Positions 24,812 through 39,800 of a stretch of 64,000 bases of DNA are shown here, piece after piece. Numbering within the stretch: position 1 is the stretch's first letter; every line of letters begins with the position of its first letter. The position numbers and the translations under genes are program-made. The DNA comes from Phoronis australis (taxonomy: Eukaryota; Animalia; Phoronida), in assembly GCA_002633005.1 (NCBI GenBank), contig NMRA01000461.1, positions 1-64,000 of the forward strand, read 5' to 3'. Under the pieces are notes generated by a model, which was not told where the DNA came from, did not search any database, and worked only from the letters and a program-made list of their open reading frames with translations.

Positions 24812-27800
24812 GGGAGTTTTTGACCCACCTTTCCTTACGCTTCATGTGTAACATTCAGGTTTCCATAGAAGCATATATGACTGCCAATTAAGTCCAGGAA
24901 ACAGTTAGCGATGACTGAGTTTCTGCATGTGCATTTTACAAGGGAAATCTGAGGCCACGAAAATACCCGAGGTGAACGCATTCAGAAGTAAACTGCCGGC
25001 ACACGAAAAAAGCAAACGATGTCCTGAGAAAGTGGCCTAATATACATTGGTGCTGTAACTACAAAGCATAAATTGATATTGTTTAATTTCAGAGGGGAAC
25101 TATTGCACACGAAATAGGACACGCTTTGGGGTTCTACCACGAGCAGTCAAGATACGACAGAGACAAATTTGTGGAAATCCTTTGGGACAACATTACCCCC
25201 GGAAAAGAGGGAAACTTTGGCAAGACGTCTGAAGAGCCGCATGTTTTCATAGAATATGATCTTCAAAGCATTATGCACTATGGATTGTATGTAAGTTGGG
25301 AACATCTGCAGCGTTCTACATCAGGTTATGTGGGACCCTCGAAAAATGGCCGAATTTGGCAGCTGACGTTGTAACATCATATCTTAAAAATGGCTGTTCT
25401 TCAATAGGCTGTTAAAATTTTTTAAAAAATTTTGCACATTCAAAGGCCATGAAAAACTAAAATCACCCAAAAATTGGGCAATATTTTGCCGGCATTCTCA
25501 AGAAGTTACTTATCCGTTTTATGGGATAGAAGTCAATGCTCCATAAGCGAAGATTTGTTGCTGCAAGTGCTTCGCGAGTTTCTTACGTTTAGGGAACTCA
25601 ACCATTGGCTCACACAACGGAAACTCATTGAAAACATATTTCTTCCGTAGGACTTCATCTTGTGTTGTTCCACGATAGACAGCAAACTATTCAAAACGGG
25701 AAATCCAGCCCAAAATAATAAACTTTGTAAATCACAAGGCGTGCCTCTATAGCAAAGTACTTATAGGCATTCCCTTAATTGGTCACCTACGCATGCGTAA
25801 ACGAAAGGGTGAAGTGATGACAAGGCGAATTAAGCTTTGCGGAAAAAGACGGAAATAGCCCTTAACACCACAATAATGGACATTTCCGGTATAGCGGCGG
25901 CCTAACTTTCCTGATAGATAGCGCTAAGGTCTTTGTAAGCTTATGTTCACGTGTCTTGTCAAGAACTTAAAGAAAGTTGGATAGAGGGATCTCTCAGATT
26001 AAACAAATCCTCGCAACCATCACGTGATTAACTGTAGCACATTTTGCCAATTCACGCAAAAATGAGCTTAAACATTCCCGCTAAAAATTCACCGCAGTTC
26101 TTTATTTGAGATCTGGTTTGTCGGTGCTCTGTACATGTACAGTCGCTAACTGGAGCAATGGCACAAATCACCACAGTAATCGGAAAGTGACGATTTTGGT
26201 CAGCACTCACGGAGCGTATTAACTGTACACAGCCAGATATTTCATGTAATTAGTTTTGCGCAAAATCGGAGCATTTTTCAAAATTCCATTTTTGAACAAC
26301 CTAGTAATTAAGTTTTGCTGGGATTTTATTTGAAATCCAGGTGTAAACTGTTCCATTGTGTTACTTAAGCGAGGAATGTAAACATTTCCAGATCGGTTAT
26401 GAGTAACGTGACACAGAATTTATATTTTAAATTTAAAAGTAAGTTATTTTGCTTTCACAACTGCGATAAGACGTGACATAACTGCACACAACAGGTTCAT
26501 TCGTGTTCGTTTTTGTTCAGGTTTTATCGAGGTAAATCTTCAGCAAGATCGATTAGTCAGATCTTCTCTGGAGTCACTTCCTGTATCGACCTTGCCTAAG
26601 CCATGCATGTATGGGTGTGACCAGTTTTTCACAAAAACTGGAACTCACTTCTAATCTAAGGTACACACTGGAGCCAATATCATCGCCATAGGTCAAGGGG
26701 TCAGAATACTTGACATCGTAAACCGCCAAAAGACATTAAGAAAAAAAATGCTTGTGGCCTGATGTCATGTACGGTGCATCAGATGAGTGCAAGCTTCATA
26801 GTTGGGCCCAATGCACCAAACACCTGAGCTAAAAGACTTAACTTTTTTTGCATTTTGCTTTAGGGATTCTCCAAGAACGGCAAGCCAACCATCAAAGTGA
26901 AGCGACAAGAGCTGTCGTTCTTACCGGGAAATCGTGATGGACTGACGTTTTATGACGCAAAGCTAGCCAACATCGTTTACAAATGCGACGGTTTGTTTAT
27001 CTCCTTTTTAACCTTTCACCTTGGCATCCCAGTCCATTCACAGTGTTACAATATCATAAGCGGACCCAAGGGGTAAAGAGTGTCCAGACCACCTTTCTTC
27101 CCTTGATTTTAGTGATATGAAATCTAGAATTTTCAAACTGTTAACGTGACACCTTCTTTGCAAAAATCCTTGATCCGACCAGTCTCCTTTTTAAATAACC
27201 TGGATCTGACCCTAAGTATACCCTCAGTGGATGCTTTCCCAGTATTTTCAATTCGTCACAAGAAAACAATGCCGAGTTTAGATTCAAGTATCCCTTTGAT
27301 CTTATTGACCGTACGGTACATGTACGTTTGTTGTCCCCCTACGGCGATAAAGCGATGGCTCTTGCCCTCGGTATACTTTAGTGTACAGTGTAAATGAAGT
27401 GAGGTATATTTTTCAGCGTAACGGATATGACAAATGAAACGCAGTGCTGCAAACATCTGTATGATTAATTAAGTAATACATCTATTGTGTTATCCAAATT
27501 CGTCATTATTCAGAAATTTCGTCATGTTGCGCTGACTGAAAAGAAACTAGAGTGAAGCCTTTCATTCTCATGAAATAGGTCGAAGATGGGTTTCGAATGT
27601 TCTTGCAGTCTTGCACGCACTACCTTTGACTTAGGTTGATAAGGGAAATAGGATCATATCACGGCACTGAATATTACGAGGCCGACTTTGAAACTAAAGG
27701 GGTCGACTTTGAAACTAAAGGGGAGAGTTGCAACTATGACTAATATCATAGCACATAAAATAACTTAGACACAACGTGTTTTACAATTGTCTCGGGNTAT

Positions 27801-30800
27801 GATTAATTAAGTAATACATCTATTGTGTTATCCAAATTCGTCATTATTCAGAAATTTCGTCATGTTGCGCTGACTGAAAAGAAACTAGAGTGAAGCCTTT
27901 CATTCTCATGAAATAGGTCGAAGATGGGTTTCGAATGTTCTTGCAGTCTTGCACGCACTACCTTTGACTTAGGTTGATAAGGGAAATAGGATCATATCAC
28001 GGCACTGAATATTACGAGGCCGACTTTGAAACTAAAAGGGTCGACTCTATTTCATTTTTAGCCAGCTAAAAGGGGAGAGTTGCAACTATGACTAATATCA
28101 TAGCACATAAAATAACTTAGACACAACGTGTTTTACTATTGTCTCGGGGTAACCTGGCGAATACTGCCAACCCAAGCAGACGACATGTTGGATCTTACTC
28201 ACTGTGTTTATTAAGGGAAGGAATGAGCGCTTTGACATGCATGACTTCTTTTACCCGCCTATCGTCCCAGTTCCTTTTCTCATCTCAGAATCTCAACATT
28301 GTCATTCTTGAAGCTGTGAGCACATGAATGGAGAGAGTCTCCTCCTCGGCTTATAATATCACCTCCGTTCATGTGTTCACAGCTTCAATAATGAAATGAC
28401 ACGAAGACGGCATATAACAATCCATATGTACCAAAGCACTCAATCCCTCCCTTAACAAACACGGCGGAATTAGATCCAACATCTCGTCTGCCTGGGGTGA
28501 CAGTATCTGCCACGTGTCGCGCATCGGAAGAGCTCGTAACAGGACAAAGTTGGCATCTTCACTCTGAAGGAAGGGGATGTGAGTTACTGAAGATCTATGA
28601 CATTTTAATCAAGTAAATCCAAATGAGACGATTTAGTTCATTCCACAATTTCATATCAATAGACACATGCCTGTCGTATTAATTGGTCCATTCACAGGAG
28701 GGGTCCACTTTCACAGGGTTGCCTGAGCCAAGTGGCCCCTTACCTTCATAATTCCGGCTCTGAAGAATATTCAAGAAGGAAAATGGCTAACATTACAAAT
28801 TTTTCATGAAACCACAAAATACGCTTTTGTGAAGCGCAATAAAAACAAGCAAGATATGCGGCCTAAACAACCGAAAGCTTGGGACTGTACTTTCAAGAAC
28901 AAAATACAATTGGAGGTAATTAAAGGATGGATGAACTTGAAGAGCTATATTGTGAATGACCCATGGAGAATATTCTCAATTTTTATATGAAAAAATCGAG
29001 AATTTTTCCCAAAAAATTCAATGAACAGTAGTTCTTTCGAGAATTTTGATGATCAGTTCCTACAAATATTTTCCGTCATCGTTTAATTAGTTTTGTTATT
29101 TCGATATTTGATTTGCTGATCAAAGTGTTACGTTTACTTGTCAAACTGTATGTCTCAAAGTGACTATCTCAATGTTTTCTGAAATGTTCTGGAGTCTTTG
29201 TTTACCTCATAAACCGTAACCGACTACCGCTGGAATAAATAAAATTCGAATTAATACATAAAATACCGAAACTTTCTCGGGTTAGGACCAACCTTCACCT
29301 GGAACGTCAATATCTTCCCGTGTCCACCCTGTTGCTCTCAAGTGCAGATATCTGCACCTTAACGTGTGCGAATTGCAAAGTATTCCCATATTTTGAATTG
29401 CAACTTTGCAGAAAACTCTTGCAACCTGCAGTTAACCCAACTACGCGTTGTTTTGTTACTCTCTTGTATATTGTTTTGAAATGTGATGGCCTAACGTGTC
29501 AAAGTTTTCCTCGTACTCTACTGCAAAAGCTTATTTTACACGTTTACTGACTGATTTAAATGATGCCTATTTTTACATGTATACTGTAGCATTACTTTTA
29601 CATGTATCTTGTAAGAAATTGATAATGTTCGATGAACAGTTGAGGGATGACGTAATCTGGTAAAATGTCCATCATACAAGGCCGAGAGGCTAAATGGATG
29701 CCCAATAAGAATCGAAGGATGTGAAGCTGATGCCACCTTCGAGTCTGAAGGATAACTTGAGGGAAGGGGCAGAGGCTGCGCTCACACTGTTGTCCCGGCC
29801 ATCTCCCACTAATGCAGTCCTTCCTACTCCCATGAGAAAAACCGCGAGAGGTCTAATACATATAAGTGAATGAAAGTAGTAGCAGAACTGCGACAAACGT
29901 TGACGCTTTTACAGATAGGTGGGATATCGCATTATGCTCAAAGGTTGGTGGGAAGTTGTTCAGCTAAAGCAAAAAGTAGGAAATCACCGGAATCAGAGAA
30001 CGTGGACGTACATTTCAAGCCTGCAGATGCGCTGTCGAATATCTTACAATCCCATGTTGTCATAGTGCTGATTATTTGCAAAGTCTGAAAGATACGTCCA
30101 TAGTGAAATCACATTTTATTAGGTTTCAGGTGTGTATATCCTTTCAGATGGATGCAGGAAGACCTGCCATAATCATGGCTATCCTTTCAAGACCCCTGAC
30201 GGCCAGTGTGTCTGTAAATGCCCCTCGTTCTTGACCAAGGACTGTAACACGGTGGACGACTCTACAACAGGTACAGTGTAGTTACCGGCCACAGTAAGAA
30301 AGAAAGACGGTGGCAGAGGGTAATGACATGTTCTCTCCAAAAGTTGAGCTTACTGCAAGGCTGACCCATGAGTTACTGTTATTCAGCACGCATTCGTTTA
30401 AATAACGTTTACTTCCTCGGACGACAGAATTGTTTTCCAATAAAGTACGCAGACAAAATCTTTCCTTTACAATCTGTCCCAGTGCTATTTGAAGTAATCA
30501 TGCAGGCGGTGCTGTGACTAGGGAACCTTTGGGTCTGACAGATGTTTGATAAATTGTAGTTTAATAAACATGATGCAACTGTATTGCCTTATATATTTAC
30601 TGGGTCAGGTATCCAGTAAACGTCTTCCTATTCCACAAGCCAGGACTTAAGTGTGAAATACCAATCAGGCTAGGTCCCCAGCCCCCGATTGCCACAGGCA
30701 AAAACGAGTTAATTTATTTGGTTGGTTACTACCCTTGTAATGAACGCGTGCCGTTGAGTTAAACCCAACAATAAAATCATCACGATTTAACGATCTCAAT

Positions 30801-33800
30801 GAGGACCACTTAAAAAGTTGCAATTAGGTGGTGTTGTTTCTTTTGGAGGTGTCAGTTCTAAATTTTTTATTCAGACTGCTTGGGTGAGGGGGAAATAATG
30901 CCTTTTTTAGCGATGCCTTGCAATACCAATTACAAAATCACGCGAGTGAAAGCCGAATATTTCACGTCTACACTTGCGCCTCAATAGCGTAACGTAGCAA
31001 ATCGGCGACCACAGAAGTGATTGGTCAGTAAAGTTGAAATGTTGAATTGTGGGACAGAACTCATAAATTATTGGTAAAATTTCCATCCCATCAGCAAAGA
31101 TCTCTCGCTATTGAATGGCTAATGCCATGGGTCGGCGAAAGTAGACCGCAAGGTTAAAGGATAAACGTTACTGACTTAAGCTGCGTTTCCGGTATGAAAT
31201 TAAAATTTCGCTATCGTTTTGACTTTAAAGATTGATATAACTAGATCAATTTTGTTACATTTGTCAGTCTTATTCAACAGTTTGCATTTTGACACGGAAG
31301 AGAACGAATGTTTACTTTCTATACACCTTCAGTAACACGTACTGTGTGCGAAGGCCAATCGGGGCTTCATATAGTCGTTGGCTTTCAACGTTCTTGACCC
31401 GAAGTGCAAAGTTGTGTTCGCGGGTAATGGAGTAAGAACGCTTGGTCAATCATTAAATACAGTGTTAATGTAACGTACCTTCGTCTTCTTCTTATCAACA
31501 GATTACCCGGCATGCGGCGGTGTATATGAACTGAGTAGCCATAACCCGACAGTGACGATTACCAGTCCAAACTTTCCGAACAATTACGATTTGAACATGA
31601 CGTGTGTTTACGTCCTCAAGGTGATACTGTTATATTTACTTCCGTGCTTCCTCATTATATTTACATCAGGTAAATTTAGTCAATGTCACAATTGTTAGAT
31701 ATTCAAATATGCGAAATGAGGTAAAGCACCAGGAATGTTAAGTTCACGAAGGCAAAGTTTTATTGACTCCGATATAATCTATATAAATATTTTGATACCA
31801 ATCTAAAAGAATATTTGCGGAAAAAACTAAATTTGCTGCCACACTGTGAATCGTGGGAATAAACTTATTTTGAAGAATTTGCGGTTCTAAGAAAAAAACA
31901 TTGATCCAGGACTTCAGTTAATTTTACTTCATGCATTTTTGTATATTTAGATATTTTGTAGTCTGCTTCATAAACAGTGACCCAATAAGTCAGCAACATG
32001 TCCACTCGACTATGTCTGAAAACTAATTAAATTTCGCTCTCACAAAGATGCAAAGTCTCTAAGACTGTACGCATAAGTGTAAGGGAGATGATTCCCATAA
32101 ATTATTTCTACAACATGATGCGCGGGCCAAAGTTTTATTCCGCAATTGTGAATTGGGTTCCAAAGTTCAATTTTTTGTCTTAAGTGTAGAGTCAACTCAA
32201 AGAGTTAAAGTAATTATGCAATGATAGAAAAATTTGATAAAAACTGAAAAGACAGTTGTAAAACTTGATTTTTTTAGTTATATGTTCACTGGAGCCGAGT
32301 TGCACAAAACGTCACAATAAGGCCCGTTCATGCGAGCATTTTTGTGAAACATTTTCCAGAATCTTGGAAGTTATTTTCGTGAACGAGATGGCAGAACTGA
32401 CACCTTTGTTCACCGAAATAACACTTTTAAGGAAAAAAAAAATCTTGAAATGTTTCGGCAAAGGAACACGTATGAACCACCCTACCATTAATCGGCTCAG
32501 CTGTAGTATACTTGAACGATGTGAAAATAATGTTAATATTGCAGCTGCAGTCAGGATATCAAGGCCCAGTTGAGTTACTGTATGAATTGAGGAGAGTTTT
32601 CGAATATCTTCAGTTACCCTAGTCACCAAGAAATTTGATAGCCTCTTGCCGACCTCCTGACTTGGAGCTAATTGGTGACCGTTTGAAGTTCACTACTTAT
32701 TTGGTTTTTACAAATCAATGTTGATATTGATTTTGGTGTTGCTGTTTTGGTTGAACTTTATTTTGTCAGAAGTTTGGCAGCAGCAGAAGACGTAGCGTGA
32801 TTTCTTGGAACTAGTACAAGAGACATAACCTTTGTCTATTCAAGCTCTGTTGACTTAAAATTTGTAGGCCCAACACTCTTTTGTCTGAGGTCACGTGCCA
32901 CACATTCTTTCTGAGATGGGCATTTACTGGTCAATTTCCCAGTGTCCCGTTTTTAGGCTCCACCAAGTGGCGAACACGGAGTTCAGCTGACCTTTCACGA
33001 CTTCGAGGTGACTGGCTCAAAACAAGAATGCGACCACTTTGTACAGATCAACGCGAATCTGATTGGACAAAGAGGTGTCAAGTAAGGTTCATTGCTTTGG
33101 ACAGAATCGCGTTCCATTAACGTACGACACTCACGCAAAAAGCTAAAACGATCTCTTGTCGGTTGTTTTGCGCATCTCGCGAGTACGTGGATGAACTTAC
33201 ATTCCGGAGAGTTAGTATGCTTGTTGTACGCAGCCTGGACTAAGATTCATGAGAGTTTTGAGAAAAAAAATCAAACGGGGAAAGCGTTGGAGTCATTCAC
33301 GAGGCCAACAGAAATACACGACAGCAATGTGCTTGATTCTGGAGACTAGTTGCCTTCCATGAAAAACATTTTGCAAAATGTCACGAGCACACTTTTCACC
33401 CATAGTCTTTCAAAGAGAAATGGGGCAGTTGATGTTTGGTATGCTGACAAACCAGCTGACAATGTTTTGGTAAGAAATGAGGAAATCAAAATGGCACCGC
33501 AAAATCTTGTTCTATAAGCTAAATGCAAACCCGTGAAAACTAAACTATAATGATATACGTTGCCAGGCCACTCAGCCTTGCATATTGCCCCAAACAATTG
33601 AAACTGTTGTGAAGATCAAAATAAATTATAAACATTTAAAGAAAACCTGACGTTGAAACGTACAATTATGATGCACTGCACATCTTTTGATAATCGCAAA
33701 ATCAACCCTTCATTTTTAGTATTCTCGCAGTCATCAGGAATAGTTTTCAAATGCATCAAATTGCAGATATTCGAACAAAGTTCAGTGTGTGTGTGGTGAT

Positions 33801-36800
33801 ATCTCATCTAACAGGTATTGCGGGAGCTTTGCCAACTCACCAGATGGCGTGAATACATTCCTAGACCACAATTCCACAGAAATGATGGTGGTCTTTAACA
33901 CCAAGAACACCAACGTCGCACCAAAGAAGGGATTCAAGTTCACTGCAGTCTTTGCAACGCCGCCACCTCCTCAGACCCAGCCATCGCCCCTTCTGACATG
34001 TGACTTTGAGAACTTCAATTTATGCATTTTCACTAATGACCCCACGGCACAGTATAAGTGGGCTCCGAGAATCGTAAGGCAAAAGTTTTCATGCATTTTA
34101 ACGTTGTTTGTGTCAAAGAACATTTTGATCAATCTGGGCCCTTTTATATTCACAGCTGAAGTTGCATCCGGGTCTTTGAAAGAAATGAAAATGTATTTTT
34201 GTTTGAAACCGTGCTTGGCGTGTATCGTGACCTGTCGCCATCTTGTTCAGCATAGTCTCCAGCAGCAAACTGATACTTCATTCAATGACCAAAAACTTGT
34301 TTCATAAAAGGCGATCAGGAACTTGAGAAAAGCATATGGAGGCCTATGCACCCACACTACCCTTTCCAAAAAGATTTAGCCTCACTTCAGCAAATAGAGA
34401 ATGTACCCACCCATGACACGTAAAATGAATCGTTTTTAACTGTACTTGCGTGTCAAAAATTAGCCTTCGAATGAAACCTAAAGTCACTTCTCGTGAAAGG
34501 AGAAATCACAACCTGCGTATCAAACAAGACCTAGGTTGAGTTCTAATAAATCTCGAGAAGAAATGTAGTGTGATCATGTGGCTTGCAATGCACAGCAACA
34601 ACCTCGTCCCAATACCTAAAATGACGCTTACCGGTTTCGCCATTTGAGGAGCGGTGAGCAAGTATCCGTTCGGCTCGCCGATTGGCCACAGGCGACGTTC
34701 AAAGCTGACAATATCGACACAAACACTTGAACCTCTGCTTACTTAAATGCCAGTTCTTGAAGAAGCTCACATCCTTACGTTTTTTATGTGATTAAATTGG
34801 AGAAATTTTCCAAAACTGCTTTTAGCGCAAAACTTTACTACTTTAAGAGGCGTAGATGTTGTTGCTTGTACCATTCGTGATTTGTAAAGAGAAGACATTT
34901 TTTCCTTATCGTATGAAAGGTGATCGTGTACTTATCGTCATTTCTGTTTTAATGAAAGCACCAAAGAAATGGCCCTACTTTTGAATTCAAACATATCAAT
35001 TTTCAATTATATAATCCTGACTATTGAACAAATGCCGCTCGTTTTGATTTTTGTGTTGTACTACAGCAAATGTCAGATATAACAATAGTGCGCGTCGTAT
35101 AACAGCAAAAAAGTCGTTTAAGAACCTATTCAGCGCGTTAATGAAAAAAATACCAAGCCCTGTTTTGGCTTATTAAGAGATACTCAAATTCACTCTCCCA
35201 TCCCGATCTCGGGAACGAAATAATAATTCTGTAACCCTCGGCAATCCGCAAACGTTTGGAGGAAAAATTGAAAACTCCTTTCAAAGTCTGTTAAACGTGC
35301 AAGCGTGACCACCCACCAAAGAACATAACATGCAATTTGCGAAATAGGGATATGAGCTTTTAGTTGATTAGTACTTTTATCTTTCAAGATTGAGACCAAA
35401 CATGCATTAGCAGGCGACAGAACGTTGAAATCATCAAAACAGGGTTTAGTATCTTTTTAAGCAAAACTACGCGTTGATTAAACAAACGTGCCCCTTAATT
35501 GAACAAGCCCATTTAACGCGCAGAAAAGCCCTTTGGCGCTTCATTGTATGTTAACGGGTTTGCCCTTTTCCGTTTGTCACCACATAGCACAGTTAAAATT
35601 TATCTGCATTATGACAACAGAAAAGGTGTGAAAACGCTGTTTTTATTACGATGTAGCAAATTCTGTTATATTTGACCTGTGACAACAGTACGAAGGAAGT
35701 CACCGATGTCTGGTTGCTGACGTTTTCTCTCCTTTTCCCCATGGCTTTGACTCAGTTTGCGATCCTCATTGATATCAATGCCCGATGGACTGGCTAGGCA
35801 TTTTAACTTCGTGCTACATGTACGTGTGACGGGTACAAGTAACATAATCTTGATTTTTGAGTTTGTCGTGAGTGACGATTACAATATGTTGACCCTTTTC
35901 CAAGTCGTGGCTTCGCTGAAACCCTTAGGGGTTGATCTTAAGCAGGAAATCCAGTTGCCTTTCAGGAAGTTTGGTGTTTGTAAAAAAATGCTGTTCGGTA
36001 TCCACTTTTCATCTACCAGTTCATACTAATCGCAGGAAAAGTGTGGCTTTGGTGTAGAAACAGCTGATTTAGACTATTTTTGTAGATAGCTATAGGTGGA
36101 GCAGCTGCGAAAGATGGAAAATTGACTTGGGAGTCATTTTTAACAGACTTCGTGTTAGGTTTTTGAAGTTCAACATGCTTTTTATATTTTCAAGTTGTGT
36201 ACTGCATAAAACAGACAGTTAGAACTGCCAAGACCTGCTTTTTCAAACCAAAAACAAGCAAAAACTGCTGAGAGACAGTTTAATTATCTAAATAAATTGA
36301 CTAGGCCACTTCCAGTAAAACATACCTCTTCATTATGGGACATTTCGAACCACGCGTACATGTATGTCGTTTCTATTCACAGTACACTAAATTGCCCGGA
36401 AATGAGTTGAAAACGCACTTGAACAGGCCTGACGCGATATATAGAAGTAGACCTCATCTAAAATATTCTTGCTGTCCCCAGGTCAAAAAAGGAAATACTT
36501 ACAGTTGCAGCAACACCGGGCTGTTTCTCATGTTTTGACACCATAAGCAGCAGTGAATGGTCTTGAGTCATGTTTCAATACTTCTCTTGTAGTCCCGTAC
36601 GCCAAGCTCAAAAACAGGACCCGACCACGCCTATGAGGGAAACGTTTACCTTAGCGCGGAAGCTTCCTCCCTCAAAGAGGGTGACACAGCAAGATTGGTC
36701 TTAGCGCTTTCTAACTCGTATGGTGAGAAAAAATGATTTTTTCACTGAAGTGCATTGGTGTGTTTTTCAAAGAGAATCAGAGGAACATTGTCATTTCTCA

Positions 36801-39800
36801 GTCACAGGCATCCGCCAGATTACAGAAGGTGCCTCAAACTGATACTCAACCTCGATTGGTAACAGATGTAATAAACTCATCAAAAGTACAACATTACCGA
36901 TCAGTGAAATGATACGAATAAGAAGCAGGGGGGGAGGGTGGTGTACAGCAGCCTAACGCCTGTGGTGCACGAAATGAAGACATCAGCGTCGACGAGTTTC
37001 GAAAACTTATGAGGTAATTTTAACTTTTTGAAAATAAATACTCTCCCCAGTAAAAATGCCTCTAGAGAAAGCCGCAGCAGCCAAACCTGTTAAGAATCAT
37101 CTCCAGATACATGTATGCTTTTCCCAGAAAAAAATAACTTCCTTTGTCAACAAAAACAGAAATAAAGACAAAGGAAGTTATTACATCCGAAAATTTCAAA
37201 TTTCAGTTGATCCATTCTTGTTGTTTTATTTACCGATTTATATTCTTCATTTAATAAGTGTCACTGAATCAAGAAATAAACGCAAAAATAAAAAAAAATA
37301 TTGGTGACGTCATGAATAGATTCGGTCTCTGCAACCTACCGCTAGCCGTTGTGGTCTCGAAGTTTGAGTTCGGGTGAGTATTATGAAAAGTTGCATGTGG
37401 GTAGGGTGCAGGACGCGCGTTGTTTCAGTTTTCTCCATTCTAGGAGACCCTAAGATGGCACAGGTTTGTTCGTTGGACACGAACATGGCAATACCCGGTG
37501 AAGCAAGCTATCTGTTCAGGGGCCTTCTGTGCTCAGCACAGAGTCGTGCTTCAATGACGTTAACGTAGTTGTCTGGTACATAATGGGCATGACTAAGATT
37601 TTAGACAGTTTCCATCAGTGTTTTCGTTCAATCTTTCTGGGAAATGCATGTTATCCACATATACATCAATGCCCAATAGTAGAAATAGCGATGTATTGTA
37701 CACCGTAGGTGTCACGCAATTAGTTTGAGGTCACAACCACAGCCGGACACTGGACCGAAAAAATTGACAACTCACAACTGTACAAAATATAACTTTGGAG
37801 AAAATAAGACGAAGAAGTATCATTTGTCACAAATAAAATCCAGTGAACACCATCATAATTAAATATGATCGTTCCTGACAACGCAATCAGCATTCGAGGA
37901 AATATAATCAGTGTCTGCTGTTCGCAAATGAATGGATAAAAACCTCGGTTAGATTTACAGTTAGAGGTACACATTACTCGACAATTAAGTCTTTAAAAAT
38001 GGGATCGCAATTCAATTAAAACCTTGAATTTCTAATTTGAAAACAGGACTCTCCGAAGACTGAGTAGGCTGCGACTTGTCTTCACTCGCCGAAGAAGCCG
38101 GTGCGGGAGGGTCGAGTTCGTACGGCCTCAAACGCGCAATGTTTGCCGATATGACGAAGTCTGACACATTACCTCTTTCAGCTATGCCCTAAGAGTAGTT
38201 TTCACCCCTATCTCCATGCCCGTCTTCATAGTACTCATGAAGCTCGCTCTCTTCGAAACGTAAAGCAATTATTACTATCCGCCATTGCATATACTTTTAT
38301 TTGTCAAATGATCAACGTTTTCCACAGATGACATCTCGTGGCGGGAAACAAAAAAATCATTAAATTTTCTTTAAAATCCAAAATTCATCAATTATTTATC
38401 AATAAACTTGTTTAGTTGGATTTTATGTTTTAAAACTAACATAAGCGGTCTAAAGTCTTAAAAAGTGAAAAAATGGATTGTACGAACGCTTTTGAAAATA
38501 TTTTTGTTGACTTGAGAAGAGGAAATTTGTTCATAAGAACATAAACAGTTTGACTGATACAAACGGTCAAACATTACATGTGTGTGATAGAATGATATAC
38601 TGAAAGCATAACGGGCATTCTATTGTCACCTTTACGAATGTAAAGACACAGAACTTGACAATATTAATCTTCATGATTATCTGCGCGTATCTAATGTCCC
38701 CAGACTGTGTTATGCTGAGAATACTTTACTTAAACAAGATGTGACTGTGGAGGAGGTTGAAGGTGTACTTAAGAAAATGAAAAATAAAAAGTCATCGGGT
38801 TTAGACGGCTTTCCTCAAAAAAATTAAGAGTTTCTTTGTCTACAGGGCAGTAGTTGCAGCTCTCAATGGCCACCTTACAGAGCTGCAGAAGCATGGTATA
38901 ATCACACTTATTCCGAAAAAAAGATATATCACGCAACCTGCTAAATAATTAAAGGCCAGTATCCCTTTTTAAAACATGCTGTAATTGCTTCAGGTGTTGT
39001 AGCCCAACGAATAAAGATGGTTTTGAATAAAGTAATAATTGACGACCAGAAGGGTCTTAAGGCTGGCATATTCATCGGAGAAAATACGCGTATGCTCTAT
39101 GATATATATAGATTATTACATGGTGAAGTCAATATCCCTCGCATTCTATATGCCGAGTGGATTTTGAAGAATTATAGCCGGAGGGGCGTGAGCTCCTCGG
39201 GCGATAATGTTTTTTCGTTGAAAATTATAAACCCAGTTTGGAAAGAGGTTTCTCGATCGTTCCACGATTTACAACTAATTATAAATAATTGTATAATGGT
39301 AAACACTTTTCTTTGCAGCCATTGTGGTAACAATAATATGATGATTGGTGGCAAAACGGTATTCTGTAAGAGATGGTTTGAGAAGAGTTTTCATTTTTTT
39401 GACTGACTTGATTCATCCCTCAGGGCGACTTATTAATTATTCTGAATTATGTAAAAAGGCTGGCTTTTGTACCTCTTTTACCGATTTTTCGGCATTCACC
39501 AAGTCATTCAAAAATAGAACATAGTTTTGATTACAAACAAACTGTTGTGTTTTTTCCATTATGGTCCAAACTATATGAAGTTGTAACTAGATCACCAAAA
39601 GGCATTAATGGCTTTTATGATTTATTTGTTAAAAATCAGTACTGTAAGCATTCTTCAGAAGTATAATAGAATTTAAGCTAATTTGAGCAATGAAACCATG
39701 GATTGAGATTCCATAAATAGTGGTATTGGCAGGTGCACAAAAGCAAAATTGAGGTGTTTTGATTATATTACTGTACATAAAATTCTTACAACAAAATGGT

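Noticed and set aside
25404-26303. Possible TAG...CTA (Academ-like) element
   Set aside because: Only a weak terminal match and no convincing TSD.
27460-28148. Tandem duplication as a biological event
   Set aside because: The copies abut a single N and differ by one small indel, typical of unmerged haplotype contig ends.
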